64,000 nt of DNA from Terriglobales bacterium (GTDB taxonomy: Bacteria; Acidobacteriota; Terriglobia; Terriglobales; SCQP01): positions 69,751 through 133,750 of the forward strand of contig DATNFK010000007.1 of the NCBI GenBank assembly GCA_035606395.1, given 5' to 3'. A program made the position numbers and the translations under genes. Each line of letters starts with the position of its first letter. Position 1 is the first letter of the stretch. The notes beneath the pieces are model-generated. The model worked only from the letters and a program-made list of their open reading frames with translations. It ran no database searches and was not told the origin of the DNA. Shown here one piece after another: positions 55,227 through 63,622 of this stretch.

Positions 55227-56465
55227 GTGCTCATCATCGGCGCGGGATTCGGCGGTTTGGCCGCGGCCCGCGCGCTGCGCCGCGCTGCTGTCGAGGTGAC
55301 GGTGCTGGATCGCCGCAATTTCCATTTGTTTCAGCCGCTGCTTTACCAGGTTGCGACCGGGGGATTATCGCCCGGCGAAATCGCGTATCCGATTCGCGGC
55401 GTGCTGCGCCGTCAAAAAAATTCGCACGTGCTGCTGGCCGAGGCGAGCGGCATTGACCTCGGGCGGCAAGAAGTTCATCTGACCCAGGTGCTGGGCGAGG
55501 AGGCGGCGAGCGCTCTGGGGTACGATTTTTTAATCGTGGCGCCGGGGGCGACCCACTCCTACTTTGGCCATCCGGAATGGGAGCCGCTGGCGCCGGGGTT
55601 GAAGGCTCTCGAAGATGCGCTCGAGATCCGAAGCCGAATATTGCTGGCCTTCGAGCATGCTGAGCGCGAAACCGACCTTACGCAGCGCGCGGCGCTTTTG
55701 ACGTTTGCCATTGTGGGCGGCGGCCCCACCGGAGTCGAACTGGCCGGCGCCATTGCCGATATTGCACGCCGCGTGCTGCGTGAGGACTTTCGTTCGATTG
55801 ATCCGCGCGAGACCAGAATCGTTCTGCTGGAGGGCGGCGGGCGAATTTTGCCGGCGTTTCCGCCACGTCTGTCGATGAAGGCGGCGGGAGCGCTGGCCGG
55901 AATGGGAGTGGAAGTGCGCACCGATGCGCGCGTCACCAACATCACGCAGGCCGGGGTCGAGGTGGGCGGAGAGTTCATTCCGGCTCGCACCGCGCTGTGG
56001 GCGGCCGGCGTCGCGGCATCGCCGTTGGCGCGCTCGCTCGGGGTGCCGCTCGACGCCAGCGGGCGGGTTCCAGTCGAGCCCGACCTGAGCCTGGCGGGCT
56101 ATCCCAATGTATTCGTCATCGGCGACCTGGCCCGGCTCGATCACCTGCCCGGACTCGCGCCGGTGGCGCTGCAGCAGGGAAGGGCCGCCGCCGCGAATAT
56201 TGTGCGCACGTTGGCCGGCCAGCAGCGGCGCAGCTTTCATTATTTGGACAAGGGCAATCTGGCCACCATCGGGCGCGCCAGCGCGGTGGCGGACATTCGC
56301 GGCCTGCAGATCTCGGGCTTACTGGCCTGGCTGGTTTGGATTTTCGTTCACATTCTGTATCTGATTGGCTTCCGCAACCGCCTGCTGGTCTCGATGGAGT
56401 GGGCCTGGGATTACCTATCCCCACAGCAGGCGGCGCGGCTGATTACAGGACGACCACGACTATGA
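55227..56465 (+). CDS. ndh: Type II NADH dehydrogenase-like FAD flavoprotein (NDH-2)
   Basis: VLIIGAGFGGLAAARAL, a second Rossmann motif FAIVGGGPTGVELAGA, and VFVIGDLA. The start is uncertain: I chose the GTG at 55227, just after the Rrf2 stop. The track ORF extends up to 55089, inside the Rrf2 gene. Confidence 0.82.
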   Translation: MLIIGAGFGGLAAARALRRAAVEVTVLDRRNFHLFQPLLYQVATGGLSPGEIAYPIRGVLRRQKNSHVLLAEASGIDLGRQEVHLTQVLGEEAASALGYDFLIVAPGATHSYFGHPEWEPLAPGLKALEDALEIRSRILLAFEHAERETDLTQRAALLTFAIVGGGPTGVELAGAIADIARRVLREDFRSIDPRETRIVLLEGGGRILPAFPPRLSMKAAGALAGMGVEVRTDARVTNITQAGVEVGGEFIPARTALWAAGVAASPLARSLGVPLDASGRVPVEPDLSLAGYPNVFVIGDLARLDHLPGLAPVALQQGRAAAANIVRTLAGQQRRSFHYLDKGNLATIGRASAVADIRGLQISGLLAWLVWIFVHILYLIGFRNRLLVSMEWAWDYLSPQQAARLITGRPRL

Positions 56466-57061
56466 ACGCGCAAATCAAAACCGTTTTCTTCGATGTCGGC
56501 GGGGTGCTACTGACCAATGCCTGGGACCATGCGCAACGGCGCCAAGCCGTGGAGCGCTTCGCGCTGGACGCGGCCGACTTCGACGCGGCGCATGCGCGGC
56601 TGGGGCCGGAGATGGAGTGCGGAACGCTTTCGCTCCACGACTATTTGGGGCAAGCCGTCTTCGACCGCCCGCGACCGTTCACGCCGGCCGAGTTCATCGC
56701 CTTCATGAAGAGCCGCTCGGAACCGTTCGATGACTCGCTCGAGCTGCTCCCGCAAATTCACGCGCGGCTCGCGGCCTTGAACAACGAAGGCGTGGCGCTG
56801 AATGAGTACCGCATAGCCCGCTTCGGGTTGGCGCGGCATATCCACGCATTTTGCAGCTCGTGTTATTTGGGCGCGCGCAAGCCCGATCCTGAGATTTACC
56901 GGCGCGCCATGGGAATTATGCAGGCGTTGCCGAGCCAGTCGCTGTTCGTGGACGACCGCTCCGAGAACCTTGAGCCCGCGCGCGAGTTGGGCATGGACTG
57001 CGTGCTATTTACCTCGGCCGAGCAATTGCGCCAGGAGTTGCTCGCGCGCCACTTGCTCTGA
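56462..57061 (+). CDS. HAD-superfamily hydrolase
   Basis: Motif I FFDVGGVLL, CSSCYLGARKPDPEIY, and LFVDDRSENLEPA. Its ATG overlaps the ndh TGA (ATGA). The upstream part of track ORF 55997..57061 is out-of-frame shadow. Confidence 0.85.
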   Translation: MNAQIKTVFFDVGGVLLTNAWDHAQRRQAVERFALDAADFDAAHARLGPEMECGTLSLHDYLGQAVFDRPRPFTPAEFIAFMKSRSEPFDDSLELLPQIHARLAALNNEGVALNEYRIARFGLARHIHAFCSSCYLGARKPDPEIYRRAMGIMQALPSQSLFVDDRSENLEPARELGMDCVLFTSAEQLRQELLARHLL

Positions 57062-57583
57062 AGCTCCGGGCTCCAGCGCCCAAATCGCGTCGAGATTGCG
57101 GCCCAGGCCATCAAGATCGAGTCCGTAACCGACGACGAATCGGTCGGCGACTGGAAAAAGCCCGTATCTGACCTCGACCGGGTTGACGCGCTCGACCTCT
57201 TTGACCAGCAGGCAGGCGAAGGCGAGCGAACGGGGTTCAAGACTGCGCAGAGCCTCTCCAACCGCATGCAGGGTGCGACCGGAATCGTAGATGTCGTCAA
57301 CCACAACGACGTGGCGATCGCGGACGTTGAAGGCGTCGAGGCCGCCCAACTCGACCCGTCCCGACGATTGCAAACCGCGGTAGCTGTGCGCAGTGAGGGT
57401 GGCCAATCGCACGGCGCCGCCGAGAGCGCGCGCAAGATCGGCGAGAAAGAACAGGCCGCCTTGCAACAGCCCGATCAGTGCCAGCTCCTCGTCGCCATAG
57501 TCGGAGCGCATGCGCTCCGCCGTGGTTCGTACGCGCTGGGCAATGGTTGGGGCGTCAATCAACCTGGTCCAGACTGGTTTCAC
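57005..57583 (-). CDS. hpt: Hypoxanthine(-guanine) phosphoribosyltransferase
   Basis: PRPP loop VVVVDDIYDSGRTL, and FVVGYGLDLDG. GTG start. Its 3' end overlaps the HAD gene by 57 nt (convergent). Confidence 0.9.
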   Translation of the reverse strand: MKPVWTRLIDAPTIAQRVRTTAERMRSDYGDEELALIGLLQGGLFFLADLARALGGAVRLATLTAHSYRGLQSSGRVELGGLDAFNVRDRHVVVVDDIYDSGRTLHAVGEALRSLEPRSLAFACLLVKEVERVNPVEVRYGLFPVADRFVVGYGLDLDGLGRNLDAIWALEPGASEQVAREQLLAQLLGRGK

Positions 57584-57590
57584 AGACGTC

Positions 57591-57596
57591 TATAAT
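57591..57596 (+). promoter_or_regulatory. Perfect TATAAT -10 hexamer, 5 nt upstream of the cupin ATG (candidate leaderless promoter)
   Basis: The sequence reads AGACGTCTATAATGCCCTATG, with the ATG at 57602. The candidate -35 (TCCAGA, 17-nt spacer) is weak. Confidence 0.4.
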
Positions 57597-57601
57597 GCCC
57601 T

Positions 57602-57958
57602 ATGCCGAAATTGATTGCCGCGCCGACACGTATTGAAGCCGCCGGAAACAAACCCAAGATCATCGATGAGTTCATTGGCCGGGTGAACAGCGCGACAGGC
57701 GCCTGCAGCATCGCGCGCATGCGCAGCCCCGCCGGATGGGTCGAGCCCGGCCAGACTCCGGAGTTTGACGAATACACTCTGGTTCTCGAAGGCGCGTTGC
57801 AGGTCGAGCACCGCGGGGGCGCCATCACGGTCGCCGCCGGCCAGGCGGTGATTACCTCCGCCGGGGAATGGGTGCGGTACTCGACCCCCGAGGGCGCGAG
57901 CTACGTCGCCGTCTGCCTTCCCGCCTTCAGCCCCAACAGTGTCCACCGCGACCAATAG
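57602..57958 (+). CDS. Small cupin-domain protein
   Basis: 118 aa. The pattern GWVEPGQTPEFDEYTLVLEGALQVEH...GQAVITSAGEWVRYSTPEGASYVAVCLPAFSP is typical of single-domain cupins. Confidence 0.75.
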   Translation: MPKLIAAPTRIEAAGNKPKIIDEFIGRVNSATGACSIARMRSPAGWVEPGQTPEFDEYTLVLEGALQVEHRGGAITVAAGQAVITSAGEWVRYSTPEGASYVAVCLPAFSPNSVHRDQ

Positions 57959-58015
57959 CTAGCCGTGGAGCGCAATGTAATGTACAGTGGGCGGGTAAGT
58001 GAAAGGGGATAGTCC

Positions 58016-58822
58016 TTGCGGCCCGCGCTTGTTCTCGCCTCCGTGCTGCTGGCCTGTTGTCTGGCATTGACGCAGACTCAGTCACCGGCCTTGCCGGCCT
58101 TTGACGTCACGAGTGTTCGTCCTTTTGTGCCGCATGGTCCCTGGCACCGGGCTGCGCGCTATGATCCGCAGCGGCTCACGATTGAGGGCATGAGCCCGAT
58201 GGAACTCATCGAGGAAGCATACGGCGTCGGGGCCGATCAGATTGCGGGGCTGCCGGACTGGGCTTACTGGGTAAGGAACTTTTTCACGGTTGTGGGAACG
58301 ACGAACGCTCCGGCCACGCCAGACCAAATGCGTCTCATGCTGCGTCGTTTGCTGCAGGACCGGTTTCAACTTCAGTTTGACGACACCACGACGTTACAGC
58401 CAGCGTACGCGCTTGTAATTGCTCCAACCGGTCTGAAGGTCAAGCCACTGAAGGACGGCGAGTCGTGCACCGATGCCAACCAGGCACGGATCAAGCGCGA
58501 GACTGCTGGGCTACAAAACTACACCTCGGGTAACGCGTGCACAACGTCCGAACTAATCCGAGGGCTCAACACGCGCCATGCACTCCATCAGTTGGATTTG
58601 CCTACGGTGGATCATACCGAGCTGACGGGCAGCTACCCATTTGGGATTTGGCAAACGATGGATGACGTTCAGCCGCTGCCCGATGGGCGCGGTATTAAGG
58701 TCGGGCACATGGAGTCCATGCAAGACGCCATGGCCGAGGAGCTTGGCCTCAAGCTGGTCAAGACCACAGCCCCTTACAGAGTTCTAAAAGTGACCCGGAT
58801 TGAGCACCCTGGTCCAGACTAA
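58016..58822 (+). CDS. TIGR03435-type 'soil-associated' secreted protein (Acidobacteria paralogous family)
   Basis: Signal peptide, then PAFDVTSVRPF...MSPMELIEEAYGV...QIAGLPDW...MLRRLLQDRFQLQF...ALVIAPTGLKVKP. TTG start. Confidence 0.75.
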   Translation: MRPALVLASVLLACCLALTQTQSPALPAFDVTSVRPFVPHGPWHRAARYDPQRLTIEGMSPMELIEEAYGVGADQIAGLPDWAYWVRNFFTVVGTTNAPATPDQMRLMLRRLLQDRFQLQFDDTTTLQPAYALVIAPTGLKVKPLKDGESCTDANQARIKRETAGLQNYTSGNACTTSELIRGLNTRHALHQLDLPTVDHTELTGSYPFGIWQTMDDVQPLPDGRGIKVGHMESMQDAMAEELGLKLVKTTAPYRVLKVTRIEHPGPD

Positions 58823-58835
58823 TACTGCCCCGGTG

Positions 58836-59960
58836 CTACGGCACAATTTCGAGGTTATACACCAGCAGCACATTGGGATTGATGATGAACCGGGAGTGAC
58901 CAGGAGTCTCGGGCGGGTAGAGACCATTCTTGCCGTAGCCGAGCGTGGCCGGCACCACCACGATGCGCCGATCGCCGGCTCGCAGCGTAGCGAGCAGCGC
59001 GTCCAGCCCGGGATTGAGTTTCGACGTGCCGACGGTGTAATCGAACTCCGTGGCGTCGCCAATGCCCGGTATACCATGAGGCCCGCTCACAAATTCAGTA
59101 ACGCGGATGGGCGGGCCCGAGTAATGCGTCCAGTCGCCGGTATAGCGAACCACCTGGCCGTGATACCGAACATGCAGCGTGCGTCCGGCAGTAGCCGCTT
59201 CATTAGCGCCGTCAGGCGCTTGGGCGAGGGTCTGTACCAAAACTCCCCCCGCCGGCCCCGCGGCCCTGGGGTAATTCTTGCGCAGCCAGGCGGCCTCGGC
59301 CTTCTGCTTGCGCATGGCCTCGCGCGCGGCGCGCTGTTGGGCAGCCGCCACCAGAGCCTGAAACGATGCCGTCGTCGGATGGTAGGCGGCCGCACGCTTG
59401 CCGATGCGGAGGATGCGCACCGAATCGAGCGCGTCTCCCTGCCGGATCCGCATCACCACATCGAGGCCTTGCACGACCTCGCCAAAGAGGGTGAAATCGC
59501 CATCAAGGTACGAGCGGTCGCCAAGTGTAATACACCATTGCGAGGCGTTGGTGCCGGGTCCGCCATTGGCCATGTTCACCGCACCGGCATGATTGTGGCT
59601 GAGGCGCGCGTCAATTTCATTGGGAAACGTGTAGCCCGGTCCGCGAGCGCGGGTCGAGTGGGGAATTCCTGTTTGGATGACGTGACCGGCGACAACCCGG
59701 TGGAACGTTGTGTGGTCGAAATACGGCTGGCCGGGATCGAGCGCCTTATTGGCAACGGTGCCCTCGGCGAGCCCGACAAAGCTGGCCACGGCCATGGGCG
59801 CGGCATCGGGACGGAGTTGGAAAACGATGATGCCCTTCGCAGTATGGACCTCGGCATAGATGCCGTCAGGTAGCTTCGCACCAGGCGCTTGCGCTCCAGC
59901 CACCAAAGCCAACATGACCACGACGCAAAGAATGAACTGGCGGCGCATGGTCCTTATCAT
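58836..59960 (-). CDS. Secreted dual peptidyl-prolyl isomerase: N-terminal cyclophilin domain fused to a C-terminal FKBP domain
   Basis: Cyclophilin part: FHRVVAGHVIQTG, NMANGGPGTNASQWCITL and LFGEVVQGLDVV. FKBP part: VRYHGQVV...DYTVGTSKLNPGLDALLATLRAGDRRIVVVPATLGYGKNG...LLVYNLEIV. The start is 59960 or the ATG at 59948. Confidence 0.82.
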   Translation of the reverse strand: MIRTMRRQFILCVVVMLALVAGAQAPGAKLPDGIYAEVHTAKGIIVFQLRPDAAPMAVASFVGLAEGTVANKALDPGQPYFDHTTFHRVVAGHVIQTGIPHSTRARGPGYTFPNEIDARLSHNHAGAVNMANGGPGTNASQWCITLGDRSYLDGDFTLFGEVVQGLDVVMRIRQGDALDSVRILRIGKRAAAYHPTTASFQALVAAAQQRAAREAMRKQKAEAAWLRKNYPRAAGPAGGVLVQTLAQAPDGANEAATAGRTLHVRYHGQVVRYTGDWTHYSGPPIRVTEFVSGPHGIPGIGDATEFDYTVGTSKLNPGLDALLATLRAGDRRIVVVPATLGYGKNGLYPPETPGHSRFIINPNVLLVYNLEIVP

Positions 59961-60040
59961 AGCCGGAACATTGCATCGCGTTGTTCCATGAGTGGCTTGA
60001 ACGGTGTATGCTCACCTTTTCGACTTTTTGAGGAGAGCAC

Positions 60041-63000
60041 ATGATGATTCGGCGCGTTTTTGGAATTCTGGCGGTCGCCACGGTGGCTTTGGCGGCGCAA
60101 ACAATTAATCCGGCGATGTATTCCGGCATGAATTGGCGGATGGCCGGCACGTTCCGAGCCGGACGCACGGCGTCAGTTGCCGGCAACGCCCGTCAACTCG
60201 ACACCTACTACATGGGCGCGGTGGATGGCGGCGTTTGGAAGACGATTAACGACGGCACGACATGGCAGCCCATCTTCGACCACGAGCCGGTGCCCTCGAT
60301 AGGGGCCATCGCGGTGGCGCCGTCGAATCCGGACGTGATCTATGTCGGTACGGGCGAGGCCGATGTGCGCAGTCAGTTCTCCGAGGGCGACGGCATGTTC
60401 AAGTCCACCGACGGCGGTGAGACATGGACGCGCATTGGCCTGGAAAAGACGAAGCAGATCGGACGCATCGTGGTTGATCCACACGATCCCAACCGCGTCT
60501 TTGTCGCCGCGCTTGGGAACGCATACGCGGCGACGCCGGATCGGGGCGTGTATCGCTCGACCGATGGCGGGCAAACCTGGCAAAAGACGTTGTTTACCGA
60601 CGACAACACGGGCGCGATCGATCTATCGTTTGATTCCGGTAATGCGCAAGTTATCTACGCGGCCCTGTGGGCGACGCGGCGTCCTCCGTGGACGGTCTAT
60701 CCGTCGTCGCATGAGCCCGGTAGCGGGCTCTACAAGTCGACGGACGGCGGCGGCACCTGGACGCATTTGACCAATGGGCTCCCGGCCGATCCGGGCCGCA
60801 TTGGAGTCGCCGTGGCGCCAACGGAGCCGAACCGTGTGTACGCAATGGTCGATGCGAGCGCCAAGGAGGGCGGCCTGTACCGCTCCGACGACGCTGGCGC
60901 GACCTGGAAGCTGATGGATAACGAAGCCCGCATTTGGAACCGCGGCTGGTACTTCGAATCCGTCACGGTGGACACGAAAAATCCCGACACGTTGTATGCG
61001 ATCAATACGACTGTCTACAAGTCCACCGACGGAGGCGCCAGCTTCGACGCTTTCCGGGGCGCGCCCGGCGGGGATGATTACCATCAACTGTGGATCAACC
61101 CAAATGATCCCGGCCGCATGGTTCTGGCCAGCGATCAAGGCACGATTGTCACCGTTAACGGCGGTAAAACCTGGAGCTCGTGGAACAACCAGCCCACCGC
61201 CCAGTTCTACGACGTCACCACCGACAACCGCACGCCGTACTGGATTTACGGCGCTCAGCAAGACAGTAACAACAACGGCGGCGCCGCCGCCAGCTCGGGA
61301 CCGAATGGTTCACGCGCGACCTTTGGCACGGGATGGATGGGAGGCTGCGCGGCCGGCGAAAGCGGCGGCATTGCGGCGAACCCGCTGGCGAAGGAAGAAA
61401 TTTTTGGCGGCACGGTGGACAAGTGCACTCCCTCCACCGGCAAGCGGCAGAGTGTCTCACCGCTCACTGCATATCCGGGCGAGTACTTCCGCAAGACCTG
61501 GACCCTGCCGTTGGCGTTCTCGATGGCCGACAAGCACGAGCTTTTCTTCTCCAACCAGTTCCTGTTCGAAACCGACAATGGCGGCAGTTCGTGGCGCAAG
61601 ATTAGCCCCGACCTGACCCGCGAGAACCCGGGCATCCCCGCGAACCTCGATCCCGCGACCGCCAATGATACGACCTACGGCGAACGCACCTACGGTCCGC
61701 GCTGGGGCGTGATCTATTCCATCGGACCCTCGCCGATACTGCCGCACGAAATTTGGGTGGGCACGGACGACGGCTACATTCAGGTGACGCGCAACGACGG
61801 CCAGACCTGGCAGAACGTCACCACGCCGGAGCTGACGGCCTGGAGCAAAGTCATCAAGATTAAGGGCTCCGCCTATGACCCGCAGCAGGCGTTCGCCGCG
61901 GTTGACAGGCATCGCTTGAATGACAACCGCCCTTACATTTATCGCACCACGGATGGAGGCAAGAGCTGGACCAATATCGTTAAAGGCATTCCGGAAAACG
62001 AATACCTCGAGTCCTTCATTGAGGACCCGGTGCGCAAGGGCCTGCTCTACTGCGGCACCAACCTGGGCGTCTATGTTTCGTTTGACAACGGGAATGACTG
62101 GCAGTCCTTGCGGCTGAATATGCCGCCGGTCGAGATTCGCGACTTTGCATTTCACGGCAAGGCACTCGTGATCGCGACCTTCGGGCGCTCATTCTGGGTG
62201 ATGGATGACATCAGCCCGCTGCGCCAGGTGAATGCTTCCATGAGCAACGCCGCGGCGGTGCTGTTTAAGCCGGAACCGGCGGCGATTCCTGCCGGCACCG
62301 CACGCAACTACGGCGGCGATGATCCCGCCAAAGAGGCGGCGCAGTTGGATCCGATGTTGGTCATTTCCGCCGCCGCGCCGCCGTCGGGCGCAGTCATTTA
62401 CTATTACTTAAAAGCCGATAGCGGCCCGGTTTCACTCGATATTCTCGACAGCACCGGTCACGTTGTGCGGCAGTACAGCAGCACGCAACGCGCTCCGCGG
62501 CAAAACCCGAAGACGATGACGGTCGCCGCCGTCTTTGCACAAACGCCGCCGATCCTGAGTGCGGCCGCCGGGTCGCACGAGTGGATCTGGGATCTGCGCG
62601 AGGTCAAGCCGGGCGCGAGCACCGGCGGTCGCGGCGGCCGTGGTGGCGGCGGCGGACTGGCAGCCGGCCCCGGAACTTATACCGTCCGGCTTACGGTGAA
62701 TGGGCAGCAATACACGCAGCCTCTTACCGTCACGCTCGCACCGGGCGCGACCTATTCGGCCGCGGCAATACTGCAACAGGAACAGACCGCGGCGCCCATC
62801 CAGGCTCTTCAGGCACAGGTCGCAAGTGCCCGAAGCCAGGCCGCCCAACTGTGGACCAAGCTCAACTCGATAGAGCCGCAGGCGAGCGGCAGCGTGGCGG
62901 CTTCGATCTCCAAATTTAGCGACCAGGTACACGCGCTCGTGGGCTTTGCCGCCGAGCCGCCCAATCCGGATGCATCCGGCGAGGGCGACGCGGTTGCGGC

Positions 63001-63235
63001 GCCGACCAGCTTGACCGGCCTGACCGGCATCCTCGGCCAGCTCGCCGGCGCGGCGCAGAACGGATCGGAAGCGCCGGACGCTTCGGTTCAAGCCGGTTTC
63101 GCCAAAGCCAGAGTAATGGCCGCGGCGGAGTTGGCCAAGTGGAACCAGCTCAAGACCACGGATTTGGAGGAGCTGAACCGTCAACTGCGGCAGGCCAATC
63201 TCGCGCCAATATCCGTAGGCGGCGGGGGGCTGTAA
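60041..63235 (+). CDS. Large secreted Asp-box (BNR) beta-propeller protein, sortilin/Vps10-like glycosyl-hydrolase-like family
   Basis: 1064 aa with a signal peptide and at least 10 SxDxGxTW-type Asp boxes (KSTDGGETW, RSTDGGQTW, KSTDGGGTW, RSDDAGATW, RTTDGGKSW...). SD GAGGAG precedes the ATG. Confidence 0.85.
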   Translation: MMIRRVFGILAVATVALAAQTINPAMYSGMNWRMAGTFRAGRTASVAGNARQLDTYYMGAVDGGVWKTINDGTTWQPIFDHEPVPSIGAIAVAPSNPDVIYVGTGEADVRSQFSEGDGMFKSTDGGETWTRIGLEKTKQIGRIVVDPHDPNRVFVAALGNAYAATPDRGVYRSTDGGQTWQKTLFTDDNTGAIDLSFDSGNAQVIYAALWATRRPPWTVYPSSHEPGSGLYKSTDGGGTWTHLTNGLPADPGRIGVAVAPTEPNRVYAMVDASAKEGGLYRSDDAGATWKLMDNEARIWNRGWYFESVTVDTKNPDTLYAINTTVYKSTDGGASFDAFRGAPGGDDYHQLWINPNDPGRMVLASDQGTIVTVNGGKTWSSWNNQPTAQFYDVTTDNRTPYWIYGAQQDSNNNGGAAASSGPNGSRATFGTGWMGGCAAGESGGIAANPLAKEEIFGGTVDKCTPSTGKRQSVSPLTAYPGEYFRKTWTLPLAFSMADKHELFFSNQFLFETDNGGSSWRKISPDLTRENPGIPANLDPATANDTTYGERTYGPRWGVIYSIGPSPILPHEIWVGTDDGYIQVTRNDGQTWQNVTTPELTAWSKVIKIKGSAYDPQQAFAAVDRHRLNDNRPYIYRTTDGGKSWTNIVKGIPENEYLESFIEDPVRKGLLYCGTNLGVYVSFDNGNDWQSLRLNMPPVEIRDFAFHGKALVIATFGRSFWVMDDISPLRQVNASMSNAAAVLFKPEPAAIPAGTARNYGGDDPAKEAAQLDPMLVISAAAPPSGAVIYYYLKADSGPVSLDILDSTGHVVRQYSSTQRAPRQNPKTMTVAAVFAQTPPILSAAAGSHEWIWDLREVKPGASTGGRGGRGGGGGLAAGPGTYTVRLTVNGQQYTQPLTVTLAPGATYSAAAILQQEQTAAPIQALQAQVASARSQAAQLWTKLNSIEPQASGSVAASISKFSDQVHALVGFAAEPPNPDASGEGDAVAAPTSLTGLTGILGQLAGAAQNGSEAPDASVQAGFAKARVMAAAELAKWNQLKTTDLEELNRQLRQANLAPISVGGGGL

Positions 63236-63239
63236 CGCT

Positions 63240-63593
63240 TTAATGCAGTAGCGATTGCCAATGCCGCGGCACCCGGCCGGCGGGCCCCGGAACGGGCTGG
63301 TCTTCCGGATGCCATCGCGGCGGCGCCAAGTGCAGGCCGGGCAGCATGGTCCTGGTCTCGTAGTTGTAAGCCCAATCCTCGCCCGGTTCAAAGCTCGTTG
63401 CGACGGGATGATGCATTTCCGCGGCGTGCCGCGTAGTATGCTGGCTTGGCGAACTATCGCAGCATCCCACGTGCCCACATTCCGCGCAGCGGCGCAGATG
63501 CAGCCACCAACCGCCGGAGGCGAGGCACTCCACGCAGCCATCGCCGCTCGGCTGAATATTGGGATTGACGCCGGGTGTATGTTCCTTTTTCAT
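63240..63593 (-). CDS. Stand-alone UBP-type zinc-finger domain protein
   Basis: From the internal ATG at 63593: MKKEHTPGVNPNIQPSGDGCVECLASGGWWLHLRRCAECGHVGCCDSSPSQHTTRHAAEMHHPV. The Cys/His spacing matches zf-UBP. Confidence 0.75.
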   Translation of the reverse strand: MKKEHTPGVNPNIQPSGDGCVECLASGGWWLHLRRCAECGHVGCCDSSPSQHTTRHAAEMHHPVATSFEPGEDWAYNYETRTMLPGLHLAPPRWHPEDQPVPGPAGRVPRHWQSLLH

Positions 63594-63622
63594 ATTTCTT
63601 GTCTCTACTGTATACGACCGCG

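Noticed and set aside
62624-62656. A G-rich run (GGCGGTCGCGGCGGCCGTGGTGGCGGCGGCGGA) as a simple repeat or G-quadruplex element.
   Set aside because: It lies in frame within the Asp-box protein and encodes a Gly/Arg linker (GGRGGRGGGGG). It is a low-complexity coding sequence, not an independent element.
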